This document shows positions 1 to 9,792 of a stretch of DNA of 64,000 nt, piece after piece. Below the pieces are notes generated by a model. The model did no database searches. It was not told the origin of the DNA and saw nothing but the letters and a program-made list of their open reading frames with translations. Both the position numbers and the translations under genes were made by a program. The DNA comes from an uncultured virus (IMG/VR IMGVR_UViG_3300025139_000008) (lineage: Duplodnaviria; Heunggongvirae; Uroviricota; Caudoviricetes), in the IMG/VR virus record IMGVR_UViG_3300025139_000008. The stretch is one strand, 5' to 3'. Each line of letters starts with the position of its first letter. Within the stretch, counting starts at the first letter, position 1.

Positions 1-28
1 CGTTCTTTCATCTGTTCAGGAGTCTCGG

Positions 29-364
29 TCACGGTGTGTTCTCCATCAATACCCGCAGGCATTCCTTGGCTCCCAGTAGGGTCGGGTCACCCTTCTCGAA
101 GCGATAGCCCCAATGCTTGCCGGTGTCCTGACCGTCGCCGGTGAAGATGACGGTTCCGTTCAAACCAATCTCTTTCATGAAGGCGAGTGCCCAATCCTCG
201 CAGAGGTAATCGGCGTGTTCCATGGCGTCGCCGTCGAACTCCAGCGGGCCGTCTTCCGTCTCGTAGAGTTCGTGGTAGTTCTCTGAGGCGAGGGCGTTGA
301 AGCGGAGTCGATCGTTGGATGTGATGTGTGTGTCGTTGAAGACAGTCCAGATGTTCCAGCCCAT
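29..364 (-). CDS. hypothetical phage protein
   Basis: 111 aa ORF in a tightly coupled minus-strand gene run. Confidence 0.7.
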   Translation of the reverse strand: MGWNIWTVFNDTHITSNDRLRFNALASENYHELYETEDGPLEFDGDAMEHADYLCEDWALAFMKEIGLNGTVIFTGDGQDTGKHWGYRFEKGDPTLLGAKECLRVLMENTP

Positions 365-723
365 TATGCATCCTCTTCGGTTGGTGTATGCTCCAGCCCA
401 AATTCCTTAGCCCGGCGTTTGAACTCTTCGACTTCCGCGTGCGTGATCCACGACATACCACCACTTGTTGCGTAGGCCATATCGTCACACAATTTGTTGA
501 AGCCAGCGCGAAGCCGGGCGTTATCCTGACCCAGCTTTACCGCCACGTCAATCAGAGGTGATGTAATCTCCTCTTCGAACCGGGCGAACGCTTCCCGGAA
601 GAGGCTGGTATCATCAGGCTCAGAATAGATGTTGGAGTAGCCGGCTTGCTGCAACAGTCTAGCCATCTCATCCGAGAGGCAGTCGGCAGCCTCACGGGCG
701 GCTGGTGTGATTGACTTGTTCAC
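364..723 (-). CDS. hypothetical protein, paralogue of 720..1010
   Basis: Shares ITPxAxEAA and FAxFExEITSPLxD with its neighbour; coupled start/stop. Confidence 0.7.
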   Translation of the reverse strand: MNKSITPAAREAADCLSDEMARLLQQAGYSNIYSEPDDTSLFREAFARFEEEITSPLIDVAVKLGQDNARLRAGFNKLCDDMAYATSGGMSWITHAEVEEFKRRAKEFGLEHTPTEEDA

Positions 724-1010
724 CCTTCTTCTCCGTTTGTGAGTTGATCCAACCGGATCATGTGAGGGCAGCGAAGTTCTTCGCCCGGATAACGAGAGCG
801 CACGTCTGCGATCAGAGACCGGCTTGCGGCTTCCAGATCAGCGATGCGATCCAGAAGAGGTGAGGTGATCTCGTATTCGAACTGTGCAAAGACTTCGGCC
901 GTCGTCCGGAAGCCCTTGCGTTCTCGGATCGTCTTGGCGACGCCATGCTGACCAAGGAACTCGTAGAACTTGGCGGCGGCTTCGATGGCGGCTGGTGACG
1001 GGGTGATCAT
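720..1010 (-). CDS. hypothetical protein, paralogue of 364..723
   Basis: Coupled ORF with shared FAQFEYEITSPLLD motif. Confidence 0.7.
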   Translation of the reverse strand: MITPSPAAIEAAAKFYEFLGQHGVAKTIRERKGFRTTAEVFAQFEYEITSPLLDRIADLEAASRSLIADVRSRYPGEELRCPHMIRLDQLTNGEEG

Positions 1011-1318
1011 GTGACCGGTTCCTTCATATACTTGGACGCGATCTGCAAGACGCTATCCCAGTCGTGGGAGTCGAAGTATTCTTGGATGTCAACGGCATCT
1101 TCCATCTGCTCGGGAGGGATGATGAAGACGCCTTGTTCCACGAAGTAGCGAACATCATCAGCATCCTCAGAATACGCCTCGACGCGTGTCCGCTCCATAG
1201 GGGTCATCAAAGAGCCGATGACGCATGGCGAAGCGTAGTTGCATTCACCCATATAAGGCCGGCACTCAGCCAGCCGGGCCGGGGTGAGGTTGTTGAGGTC
1301 GATGGTGATCTTCGTCAT
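1007..1318 (-). CDS. hypothetical protein, IDLxxLT...PCxIG family copy 1
   Basis: Start re-assigned to ATG 1318 (MTKITIDLNNLT) by similarity to two paralogues. Confidence 0.7.
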   Translation of the reverse strand: MTKITIDLNNLTPARLAECRPYMGECNYASPCVIGSLMTPMERTRVEAYSEDADDVRYFVEQGVFIIPPEQMEDAVDIQEYFDSHDWDSVLQIASKYMKEPVT

Positions 1319-1328
1319 GGTAAGGCCC

Positions 1329-1523
1329 TTACTTACGGGGTTTGATGATATGGAACTTGAAAGCGGCTTCGACCTTCTCGACCAGTTCGCCCATGCTGTT
1401 GGCGTGGAAGCAGAAGTAGGGGTTCTCATTTCGAACAGCGAAATAGGTCCCGTCGTCAGCCTTCCGCATCTCGAAAAGATGACTGGTCTCATGCTCGTAG
1501 TAGATCACAGTGTTAGACATCAA
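1329..1523 (-). CDS. hypothetical protein
   Basis: 64 aa ORF filling the gap in the operon. Confidence 0.55.
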   Translation of the reverse strand: MMSNTVIYYEHETSHLFEMRKADDGTYFAVRNENPYFCFHANSMGELVEKVEAAFKFHIIKPRK

Positions 1524-1758
1524 TGACCTCCACAGGCTCGGGAATGTAGGCGACGATCTTGAACGGTAACCTTCCCCGTTGGTTCGGTCCGCGCTTACCA
1601 GTCCACCGAGAGTCCGACCATGAATCCGCCCGCATGATATAGAGCGGGTAGACCTGCCCGTCTGCGAGCTTGACCGCAGGCCGGGTGTGGCCGGGCACCG
1701 GGCAAGGACCGGGCGTGTGTTCGATCCAGCCTTCGAGATTGATCTCGGGCGTGATCAT
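1513..1758 (-). CDS. hypothetical protein
   Basis: Coupled 81 aa ORF with WIEHxxGPCPV motif. Confidence 0.65.
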   Translation of the reverse strand: MITPEINLEGWIEHTPGPCPVPGHTRPAVKLADGQVYPLYIMRADSWSDSRWTGKRGPNQRGRLPFKIVAYIPEPVEVIDV

Positions 1759-2168
1759 GCAGGCTCGGTCGCGAAGATGTAATCAACCTCACCGAACATC
1801 TGCTGCACCGCATCATCAGGAGCGCCGTGTTCGAGCATGTGGCGAATGCGCTTGGCAGCACCTTGGTGGGTGTTGTCCGTTGTGGACCACGACGACGAAA
1901 AGCACCACGACCATTCGGTGGAAGAAAGATCGAACACCCGGTCGGAGTAGTCGTCCCAGTTCTCGTAATCGGTAGCGGCGATCCCAGCCGTCGGGCCGTG
2001 ACCAACAGCGCACGCTACCGTCCCGCAATCGCCGATGATGTTCGCGTCTGCCACCATATAGATGTAACGATCGTCCTTGCGAAGATAGCTCGCCATATCG
2101 AAATGCTCATAGCCGATCGGCAAAGCTTCGAGGTAGGTGGCGAGGGTTTCGAGGTTGGTGCGGTTCAT
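1755..2168 (-). CDS. hypothetical protein (CGTVACAVGH motif)
   Basis: Likely start MNRTNLE at 2168, coupled to the upstream stop. Confidence 0.7.
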   Translation of the reverse strand: MNRTNLETLATYLEALPIGYEHFDMASYLRKDDRYIYMVADANIIGDCGTVACAVGHGPTAGIAATDYENWDDYSDRVFDLSSTEWSWCFSSSWSTTDNTHQGAAKRIRHMLEHGAPDDAVQQMFGEVDYIFATEPA

Positions 2169-2467
2169 TATGCAGGCTCCATATACTTGGCTGCGACCGT
2201 GAGGACGCCCTTCCAATTACTGGAGTCGAAGTGATACTGGAGTTCCGTCAGGTCGTCCAACTGTTCAGGGATGAACTCCACGAACGCCTTGATCCGCTCG
2301 CTGTTGATGCCGATATACTGAGGGAACTCCGGGTCTTCACGCACTTCCTTGGGAAGCAGGGTGCCGATGACGCACGGAGCCTTATAGGCTTCCACACCCA
2401 TATGCGGCCGGCACTCGTCGAGGTGGGCTTGGGTGAGGTCGTTGAGGTCGATCTTGGTCTTCTGCAT
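2168..2467 (-). CDS. hypothetical protein, IDLxxLT...PCxIG family copy 2
   Basis: GGAGA RBS; paralogous to 1007..1318 and 2518..2916. Confidence 0.75.
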   Translation of the reverse strand: MQKTKIDLNDLTQAHLDECRPHMGVEAYKAPCVIGTLLPKEVREDPEFPQYIGINSERIKAFVEFIPEQLDDLTELQYHFDSSNWKGVLTVAAKYMEPA

Positions 2468-2517
2468 AGCTGTCTCCTGTTACTGTCAGAATGGCGTAGG
2501 ACGATTCTTCCGGGTCG

Positions 2518-2916
2518 TCAAGATGCCTCGTGTGTCATATATTTCGAGGCGATCTCAACGACGGTCTCCCAATCGCTTTGATCGAAGGCTTCCTGAATGT
2601 CCGCCACATCATTGATCTGGTCTTCGGGGACAGTCACCGCTCCCTCAGCGATAAGGCGACCAATATCCAATTGGCTTACATGAAGGACACCGACAGGGTA
2701 TTTGAACTCGCCCGGCCTGATAATGAGGGTTTCCATTATCGAACCCGTTTCGCGATCGACCACCAACCAGTCAGCCAGATATTCCCGATTTTCTTCCGTC
2801 AGGAGAGAACCAATAATACAAGGGCTTGCATAATCACAACTTCCCATGCAGGGTTTGGCTGCTTCCATTTGATCGGGTGTGAGGTTACGCAGATCAATAA
2901 GGATAGGGGTGTTCAT
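2518..2916 (-). CDS. hypothetical protein, IDLxxLT...PCxIG family copy 3
   Basis: Paralogue with internal insertion; C-terminal W..V..IASKYM conserved. Confidence 0.75.
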   Translation of the reverse strand: MNTPILIDLRNLTPDQMEAAKPCMGSCDYASPCIIGSLLTEENREYLADWLVVDRETGSIMETLIIRPGEFKYPVGVLHVSQLDIGRLIAEGAVTVPEDQINDVADIQEAFDQSDWETVVEIASKYMTHEAS

Positions 2917-3881
2917 ACAGGGATTCCTTTCAACATCTTTTCGCGCCGGTGGGCTTCACGCTCGGCTTCCCAGATCGATCGGAACTTGAGAGGTTCGTCG
3001 CTGAACGCCGGGACGCGATCCAAGGTGCGAGCCTTGGCGCGGGCGTCCATGATCTGGAGGTAGCCTTCGGGGTTGGTTTCCTGCATCTGCCGGATCGAGC
3101 GAGTCGCATGACTGTCTGCCAGAACGGCCGGGCGGGTCTTGTCCACGAAGACCGGCTTGTTGTCGCGGGCGTTCCACAAGGTGAACGGCTTCTTCTCTCC
3201 ATTCATGTAAGGGTTGAACTCGATGTTGAAGTTCTCGGTCCGGCCAACCACGATGTCATCTTCCTTCCACGAGATCACATCATCCTCAGGCGCGTTCAGG
3301 AAGAGTTCCAGTGCGAAGTCGTATGCATCAGCCCAGCGGGGGAAGATGCGGATGGTGCCGTCGTCGTGGCGCACCGGCTCTTCACCGATCAGGACAGAGC
3401 ATTCACCCTTCTGGTGGCGGAAGGGGGTCTCATCAGCCGGGCGACCGTCGGCCTTCTTGCGGCCAACAGCCTTCTTCTCGCCCGGATAAGAGGTGCATTG
3501 CCACACCTGCGCATAGGGGTTGGCAGCAATACAGGTGAAATGATAGGTGGAAAAGGCTTCGACCTTTGCTTTGGGCGGACGGCCGCGCCGCTTCTTCTCA
3601 CCCTGTAAGCTGGATGCCGACGGCAGCGCTGTCACGATATGAAGGGCCCGGTCGGCAGGATGGGCCTTGAGCCAGCGCTTGGTAGCGTCCATAGCGATCT
3701 TGAGTGCGGCGTCCATGGTCGGCGCGTAACGGTTCAGTGTGGATGCTGTGCGGCGATGCGCGCCGGCGAACCACGGCATGGGGTGGTCAACGGTCTTGGA
3801 GGCAGCACGAACGAAATGGATGCCATCACTCCAGATGGCGATCGGAGTCTGTCTCGAAAGGGAGCCTCGGCCTGTCATCAC
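2913..3881 (-). CDS. hypothetical protein with AT-hook-like RRGRPPK
   Basis: 322 aa ORF, first gene of the leftward operon. Confidence 0.7.
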   Translation of the reverse strand: MMTGRGSLSRQTPIAIWSDGIHFVRAASKTVDHPMPWFAGAHRRTASTLNRYAPTMDAALKIAMDATKRWLKAHPADRALHIVTALPSASSLQGEKKRRGRPPKAKVEAFSTYHFTCIAANPYAQVWQCTSYPGEKKAVGRKKADGRPADETPFRHQKGECSVLIGEEPVRHDDGTIRIFPRWADAYDFALELFLNAPEDDVISWKEDDIVVGRTENFNIEFNPYMNGEKKPFTLWNARDNKPVFVDKTRPAVLADSHATRSIRQMQETNPEGYLQIMDARAKARTLDRVPAFSDEPLKFRSIWEAEREAHRREKMLKGIPV

Positions 3882-4543
3882 GCGTTATCATGCCTCTTGG
3901 TGTTGTGTCAGCGGGAATCAGGTCGTAACAACGACAAGCCAGCATGTCAGAGGGTATAGTGAGACTGTCGGAAAATGTCAAAAAGTTTCGTAGTCGAAAA
4001 ATCGTGATGTTTCATTGGCTTATCGTCGGGATGTTATTTTTACGAGATTATTTCATGTTTAGATGGCGGTGAAACGTGATGGCGTGATGCCGAGATGGTT
4101 GTGATGGGTTGGATGCGATGAGAACGCGTGATGTGGGTGTTTTGCACTTCTAAAAACTTAAATTTGCAAACTTTCTTGAGCTTTTTCAACTATATGAGAC
4201 CAGATACTGAGATGTTCTATCTTATTCCCCACGTTCGCTGGTGAATCCGGGAAGCCCGATCGGTGGTGTCTGGGGCCTGTCAGCCGGCGGTGTCTTCCTC
4301 TGTTTATTACCTTTTTAATAAATAAAGTATATATATATACACAGATAGGGGGACTGGAGCCCTGCACCCCAGCATGGCTGCGGGTCTCAGTGATTTCGAC
4401 TTTCTGAGATATTTCTAAAACTTTTTCGTTCTCTAATGTTTTCAACACCTTACTCAAATCACCTCGATCAGTGACATTCTCGCTTGACACTACGCCCATT
4501 CTGACTGATCAGTGGGCATCAAAACGAGCCAAGGAGTCGCTCA

Positions 4544-4891
4544 ATGACGCTTACTGGATACCGGCTGGCCGGCACCGCCAAGACAGCCCCACCAGACTAC
4601 ATTCCTTCCCTGATCGGGATCGATCCCCAACAGGTAGGTCCGGCCGCAACCGACACCTACTTCGAGCAGATCAACCTCCCCGCCTCTGCTATTAACCTTA
4701 ACACCGCTGCGCTGACCCGATGGGTCTCATACGACAGCCTGCCTCTGAAACAACGGGACCCAATCGTTGCAGTGAAGGCGGCTGGTGCTGATTTCTACAT
4801 CCCCTTGAGCGAACTGGTCGCCATGGTCAAAGAAAACGGCACGCCCACCGGACAACTCATCGTCGATGGGCTCTTGAAGCTGGTGCGCTGA
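4544..4891 (+). CDS. hypothetical protein
   Basis: AGGAG RBS; first gene of the rightward operon. Confidence 0.7.
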   Translation: MTLTGYRLAGTAKTAPPDYIPSLIGIDPQQVGPAATDTYFEQINLPASAINLNTAALTRWVSYDSLPLKQRDPIVAVKAAGADFYIPLSELVAMVKENGTPTGQLIVDGLLKLVR

Positions 4892-5223
4892 TGACGAACC
4901 TCAGCACCATCGAACTGATCCAGATCGCGAACGAAGCGCAAGTCCTCCGGCGGATGTCGATGGACGAGACAACTCGGGTGGTCGTGGATCACATCCCGGC
5001 CCGGTCGAGTATGTCGATCGCCCGCGAGCGTGGTGAAGATGACGTGGAACTGGAAGCCTATGTCCCCGAAGTCATCACTCTCACATTCACCTTAGCTGAT
5101 GCAACGTTCGGGGAGGCGATCTATGTGGCGCTGACCTGTAACAACCGCGTCATCGTTCATCCCTTTCTCTGGAGTGGTTATGCACACCTCGGCACCGTCA
5201 GCATCGCAGTCTCGCAACATTAA
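4891..5223 (+). CDS. hypothetical protein
   Basis: TGATG coupling to the previous ORF. Confidence 0.7.
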   Translation: MTNLSTIELIQIANEAQVLRRMSMDETTRVVVDHIPARSSMSIARERGEDDVELEAYVPEVITLTFTLADATFGEAIYVALTCNNRVIVHPFLWSGYAHLGTVSIAVSQH

Positions 5224-5275
5224 GCTCGAAACCGAGCGCACGGCCCTTCGTCAGTTGTTCTGGAAAGAGGATGTC

Positions 5276-5557
5276 ATGGCTCAGATGCGGGCTACAAATT
5301 CCGCCGCTGTCCGGCTGGACATCCCCCACACCATGTCGCCTCAAGAACTCATGGAAATGGTGTTCGGCTCCGGACCTGTCTGCCGCTACCCGGATGATCA
5401 TGTCACCTTCATGATCGCGGCTTTCGACATCGGCGACGAAATGTGGGGAGGCGTGTCAGCCGCGTTGAACTACGCCGCCCCTGTCCGCATCATCGAACCG
5501 TTTCTCATGCCCGATCGCACAGTCTCCGGCATCCCGCTCTTCAAGGAAGAACTCTGA
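5276..5557 (+). CDS. hypothetical protein
   Basis: Likely start ATG 5276 after GAGGA. Confidence 0.6.
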   Translation: MAQMRATNSAAVRLDIPHTMSPQELMEMVFGSGPVCRYPDDHVTFMIAAFDIGDEMWGGVSAALNYAAPVRIIEPFLMPDRTVSGIPLFKEEL

Positions 5558-5944
5558 ATGTTCTCATTCCCGGTGACCGTCCCGGTCCGCAAAAACGAAT
5601 CGATCTTCCCCATCATCGTCAGTGTGAATTGCGATGATGTGCTAGTTGTCAAGCCCCTACTTGACAAAGAACCACCTTTTGGTGTAGAGTCTGCTTCTTC
5701 TGACATGATACCCCTCACGGAGATATTGTTTCAGGATGGGCGGAAGCTGCCTGTCTTGGAAAATCACGAAATCATCTGTGGCTATCTCGACGCCTACCTT
5801 GCGCTCGAAGAGTTCTACACCGATCCTATGTTCGTTTGCGAAGAGGAAGTGGTGGAGGATATGGCTGACCGAGGGGATAATGTCGTTCCTCTGTTCGGCT
5901 CCAGAAAACCATGCGATACATCGGAGGGATCGACCCCGGATTGA
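5558..5944 (+). CDS. hypothetical protein
   Basis: 128 aa ORF adjacent to the previous stop. Confidence 0.6.
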   Translation: MFSFPVTVPVRKNESIFPIIVSVNCDDVLVVKPLLDKEPPFGVESASSDMIPLTEILFQDGRKLPVLENHEIICGYLDAYLALEEFYTDPMFVCEEEVVEDMADRGDNVVPLFGSRKPCDTSEGSTPD

Positions 5945-6447
5945 CCGGGGCTTTAGCGGTCCTCGACTTCCAAGACTTCCTCCTGCATTTGTGGGACACA
6001 CCAGTCAACATCACAAAGGTTGGCGACAAGCTCCGCAAGCGCTGCGACCCGTCCGCTTTCGCGGATGCAATGGCGCACTTCCCTCTCGACTACGCTACGA
6101 TCGAAAACGTCCAGTCCCTACCCAGCGACGGTCACGTCGGTGCCTTCACCTTTGGTAAGGTTACCGGGATCGCGATTGGTGTAGCGGCTGGTCTCGACAT
6201 CCCACTCGCCTCGGTCGCCCCTGCGAAGTGGAAGATGCAAATGCAGGTGCCGGCCGACAAGAAGGCTGCCAAGCACCGGGCGTCCCAACTATTCCCTCAT
6301 TGCACGTCCGGCTGGTCCCGCGAAATGGACCATGGCCGGGCCGAAGCTGCAATCATCGCACTCTACACCGCGATCGTCGCCGGGCTCCAGCCCACCCAAC
6401 CCTTCCAACTTGGTCTCATCAACGGGACCCTACCCAAACGGAAATAG
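5911..6447 (+). CDS. RuvC-like Holliday junction resolvase
   Basis: N-terminal IGGIDPGLTGALA, central IENV, WK and DHGRAEA motifs typical of phage RuvC-like nucleases. Confidence 0.85.
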   Translation: MRYIGGIDPGLTGALAVLDFQDFLLHLWDTPVNITKVGDKLRKRCDPSAFADAMAHFPLDYATIENVQSLPSDGHVGAFTFGKVTGIAIGVAAGLDIPLASVAPAKWKMQMQVPADKKAAKHRASQLFPHCTSGWSREMDHGRAEAAIIALYTAIVAGLQPTQPFQLGLINGTLPKRK

Positions 6448-6450
6448 GCC

Positions 6451-7029
6451 ATGTCCCGAAATGAAAGAAACCCCGACAAACCCCAAGGCTATTTGAACAA
6501 GAAGCAGGAACTCTTCTGCAAGTTCATGGCCGAAGGTTGTAACCAACTGGATGCCTACACCAACGCTGGTTACGAGCCTTCATCGGCGAATGCATCGACC
6601 ATGGCTAACAAGCCACTGATTAAAGCACGGATCGAAGAACTGAAACAACAGGCGGAACGCCGTGAGCTTGAGTTTCAAGTCATGCGACGTGAAGCCGCTG
6701 GTGCCCCGGAAAAACTGGTGGAGGTCGCTGAATGGACCATGCAACGCGTCATGGACATGATGGCCGAGAACGTCAAGCTCGCCCAGATCGCCGGTGAATA
6801 CCGGGCCGCCAACGAAACCTTCAAGATGATGGGCGAAGCCCTCAATATGTTCAACAAGGCAAAAGCAGATGCAGATCAAAGAAACTCGTCGGGAGCGAAA
6901 AACACGCTTGCTCTCATCGAGCAAGTCACTAACGTCTTTACAGAGGCGAGTGGAGGAGGCGATCCATCAGAACAGAACGCTCTCCGACCAAGACTGGCAC
7001 GCTCTGGTAACACTGACGCAAACGACTGA
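6451..7029 (+). CDS. terS: terminase small subunit
   Basis: LNKKQELFC...AY..AGY...A..P.IKARIEEL HTH pattern, directly upstream of terL. Confidence 0.85.
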   Translation: MSRNERNPDKPQGYLNKKQELFCKFMAEGCNQLDAYTNAGYEPSSANASTMANKPLIKARIEELKQQAERRELEFQVMRREAAGAPEKLVEVAEWTMQRVMDMMAENVKLAQIAGEYRAANETFKMMGEALNMFNKAKADADQRNSSGAKNTLALIEQVTNVFTEASGGGDPSEQNALRPRLARSGNTDAND

Positions 7030-8602
7030 TCTCGATCTACAGATAGAACTTCTTGAACAAGTCGTTGAGCAGGTCAATGATCTTCTCGAAGAGGTCTGGA
7101 TCGAACTTGCCCGAGAAAGCTACCATGACTTCTACGAGTTCATGGAGCGGGAAAATCAGTATGAAATGAGCCCGCACCAGAAGCTGATCGGCGACCTTCT
7201 CATGTCGTCGGCCAGCAAGGAAACCATGCGGTTCATGCTTTCACTACCACCGGGCCACTGTAAGTCAACCCATTCGTCGCACTACTTCCCAGCGTGGTGG
7301 TTCGGTAAGATCGGGACTAAGCAACGCTTCCTGCAAGCAGGTCACAGTCAGGACTTCGTTGCCAAAGAAATTGGCGCGAAGGTCCGGCAAATAATCCAGT
7401 CCGAAGACTACCAACGTATCTTCCCCGATGTCGTCATCAAGCACGACATGCGGGCGATGGACTATTGGGCTCTCACAAACGGACGCGGGAAATACGTGGG
7501 AAAAGGGGCCGGGCAGGGTATTTCCGGTTTCCGTGGCAACTACGGTATGGTCGATGACCCCTACAAGAGCCGGAAGGACGCAGAAAGTCCAACAATTCGT
7601 GACAGCGTTTTCAAATGGTATTCCGATGACTTTTCAACGCGTTTGCTCCCCGGTAGTCCTTTAGGGATTATTATGACGCGCTGGCACTCTGATGACCTTT
7701 GCGGAAGGATCACCGAACGCGAAGAAAAGGAAGCCCGCGAAGAAGCAGAAAAGTTGGAAGCATCACTATCGAAACAACTCGTTGAAAAACTTGAAGAACA
7801 ACAAGGAAACAACAAAAAATACCGCTTTGAGATCATTAACCTTCCAGCAATTTGTGAAAGTGAAGACGATCCTCTAGGTCGGGCGGTCGGCGAAGCACTT
7901 TGGCCCGAGTTATTTACGCTCGACGCGCTGGAAAATCTCAAAGCTGACATGACTCCTTCGTCATGGAACTCGCTCTACCAAGGGACCCCCATGGACGTGA
8001 GCGGGGGTGCTGTCGAGTCGGCATGGTTCCAGCGCTACGACCGGGCTCCCAGCCGAGGCGATGCCGAGAAGGGCTTGAAGAACGAAGTCCGGCGCTGCGT
8101 GGTATCGGTGGACGCCGCCAACACCGCGAAGGAGCGATCCGACTTCACGGTCATCACGGTCTGGTATGAGGACTTCAACAAGCGCCACTATCTGATCGAT
8201 GTGGTGCGGAAACAGATGGAGTTCACCGAAATGTCGGCCGAGATCGCCCGCGTCTGTAAGCGATACAACGCCGATGCGCTGCTGGTCGAAGCGAAGGGCA
8301 ACGGCTTGGCCTATTGCCAGTTGAAGAAGGACGGCGGCGCTCCGGCTCCGCTGATCGCGATCGAAGTCGGTATCTCGACCAAGGAGTTCCGCTTCGACGA
8401 AGTGACTCCCATGATCGAATCCGGCTCAGTCTTCCTTCCGAACCAAGCGACTTGGCTCGCCGACTACGAGAAGGAACTGGTTGCGTTCCCGAACGGCAAG
8501 CGAGACGACCAAGTGGACAGCACCTCGCAGTATCTCAAGTGGGCGCGGCAGAAGGGCCGGCGCGGGACGAAGAAGCTCGGAGGCACTGGAAATCGCCGAT
8601 AG
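6950..8602 (+). CDS. terL: terminase large subunit
   Basis: Walker A PPGHCKS, Walker B-like VDDP, coupling IMTRWH, nuclease SVDAA and FPNGKRDDQVD; start GTG 6950 after GAGG preferred (frame open from 6869). Confidence 0.95.
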   Translation: MEEAIHQNRTLSDQDWHALVTLTQTTDLDLQIELLEQVVEQVNDLLEEVWIELARESYHDFYEFMERENQYEMSPHQKLIGDLLMSSASKETMRFMLSLPPGHCKSTHSSHYFPAWWFGKIGTKQRFLQAGHSQDFVAKEIGAKVRQIIQSEDYQRIFPDVVIKHDMRAMDYWALTNGRGKYVGKGAGQGISGFRGNYGMVDDPYKSRKDAESPTIRDSVFKWYSDDFSTRLLPGSPLGIIMTRWHSDDLCGRITEREEKEAREEAEKLEASLSKQLVEKLEEQQGNNKKYRFEIINLPAICESEDDPLGRAVGEALWPELFTLDALENLKADMTPSSWNSLYQGTPMDVSGGAVESAWFQRYDRAPSRGDAEKGLKNEVRRCVVSVDAANTAKERSDFTVITVWYEDFNKRHYLIDVVRKQMEFTEMSAEIARVCKRYNADALLVEAKGNGLAYCQLKKDGGAPAPLIAIEVGISTKEFRFDEVTPMIESGSVFLPNQATWLADYEKELVAFPNGKRDDQVDSTSQYLKWARQKGRRGTKKLGGTGNRR

Positions 8603-8630
8603 GGGACCCTTTTCCTACAGAACAGGGGCC

Positions 8631-8785
8631 GCGTTAACCTTAACAAACGAGGATTCCGGCCGTTAACCATTTTCGTTAAGGTTAACGAAACGAGGATTCC
8701 ACCCGTTAACCATATTCGTTAAGGTTAACGGATTCACTCCACGCGTTAACCTTAACAAATTGCACTTCTTCGTTAACCTTAACAG
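8631..8785. repeat. dense cluster of GTTAAC / GTTAAGGTTAAC elements (CtrA-like half sites)
   Basis: GTTAACCTTAAC or GTTAAGGTTAAC five times plus GTTAACCAT twice in about 150 bp. Confidence 0.9.
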
Positions 8786-9584
8786 GGACCCCATGCTCCA
8801 CGGCATCGGGGTCCCTTTTCACATTACGTCCGGGACCTTCACCCACACATCGCCGGCCGGGCCCCTGAGCCTCAGCACATAGGCCGGGGGTCCCTTTTTC
8901 CACGACCTCCGGGACCCTAAGCGTCAGGATATAGGCCGGGGTCTTGATTTACGATTTCTTCCACCGATCGACACCCATCTGGCTGCCAACATACGACCAA
9001 ACCGGCATACCCTCGCTCTCCAGCCGCTCCAGAGCCGGGTTAGCCTCGCTCTCCAGCCCCGTGAGAGCGAGGCTAACCCGGCTCCCATCACGCCCAACAA
9101 CCGACCAGCCAAGCCGGCGACCAGCCGACCCCACCGAGGGCTTGAACTTAACTTCCAAAAAGATTTCGCGTAGATATTGGAAGTTAAGGGTGGAAAAACT
9201 CGTGTAATAACAACACCATCGATCTAAAGTTCCAGATCGCCCGATAAGCAATTTAACAATGAGGCTGACTGCCGAGGTGGAGCCCCCTCAGAGACCCCGA
9301 CAGTATGGATGACGGTCATTTTAACCCACCCCTGCCTAAACTTGCGAAAGGAGTCTTTTGGAAGATAATTTTGGGGCCATTTTGGCCCTTAAATGCTTGT
9401 TTTTGCCGCATTTTTGTTAAAATGTCGGTGAAAAATGGCCGATTCAGTGAAAATGGCGGTGATTCCGGGCCGTTTTAAGCCCTCTCAGCGTCATTCTGGC
9501 TGATCCAGCGGTCACCGAGCCCGGTCAAGCCTGCTGGAAGCTCCAGCGGCTCCCAGCTTCGGCTCAGCCATGTTCGATCGACTT

Positions 9585-9742
9585 TATGGATCGAGGCCAT
9601 TTTGCTTTGCTATGGATCGAGGCCATTTTATGGATCGAACTCATTTTATGGATCGAGGCCATTTTGCCGGCTGCTATGGATCGAGGCCATTTTGCCGGCT
9701 GCTATGGATCGAGGCCATTTTGCTATGGACGAAGGCCATTTT
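9585..9742 (+). repeat. seven tandem copies of TATGGATCGAGGCCATTTT (iteron-like)
   Basis: Copies at about 9585, 9611, 9629 (variant), 9647, 9675, 9703 and 9724 (variant). Confidence 0.92.
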
Positions 9743-9792
9743 GCCTGCGCGGCGCGAGACCCCTCCCGGAGGCCACTTCCGCGCCGGCTGCC

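Noticed and set aside
9585..9742. CRISPR array
   Set aside because: Linkers are 0-9 nt and partly identical, not unique 30-40 nt spacers; no cas genes.
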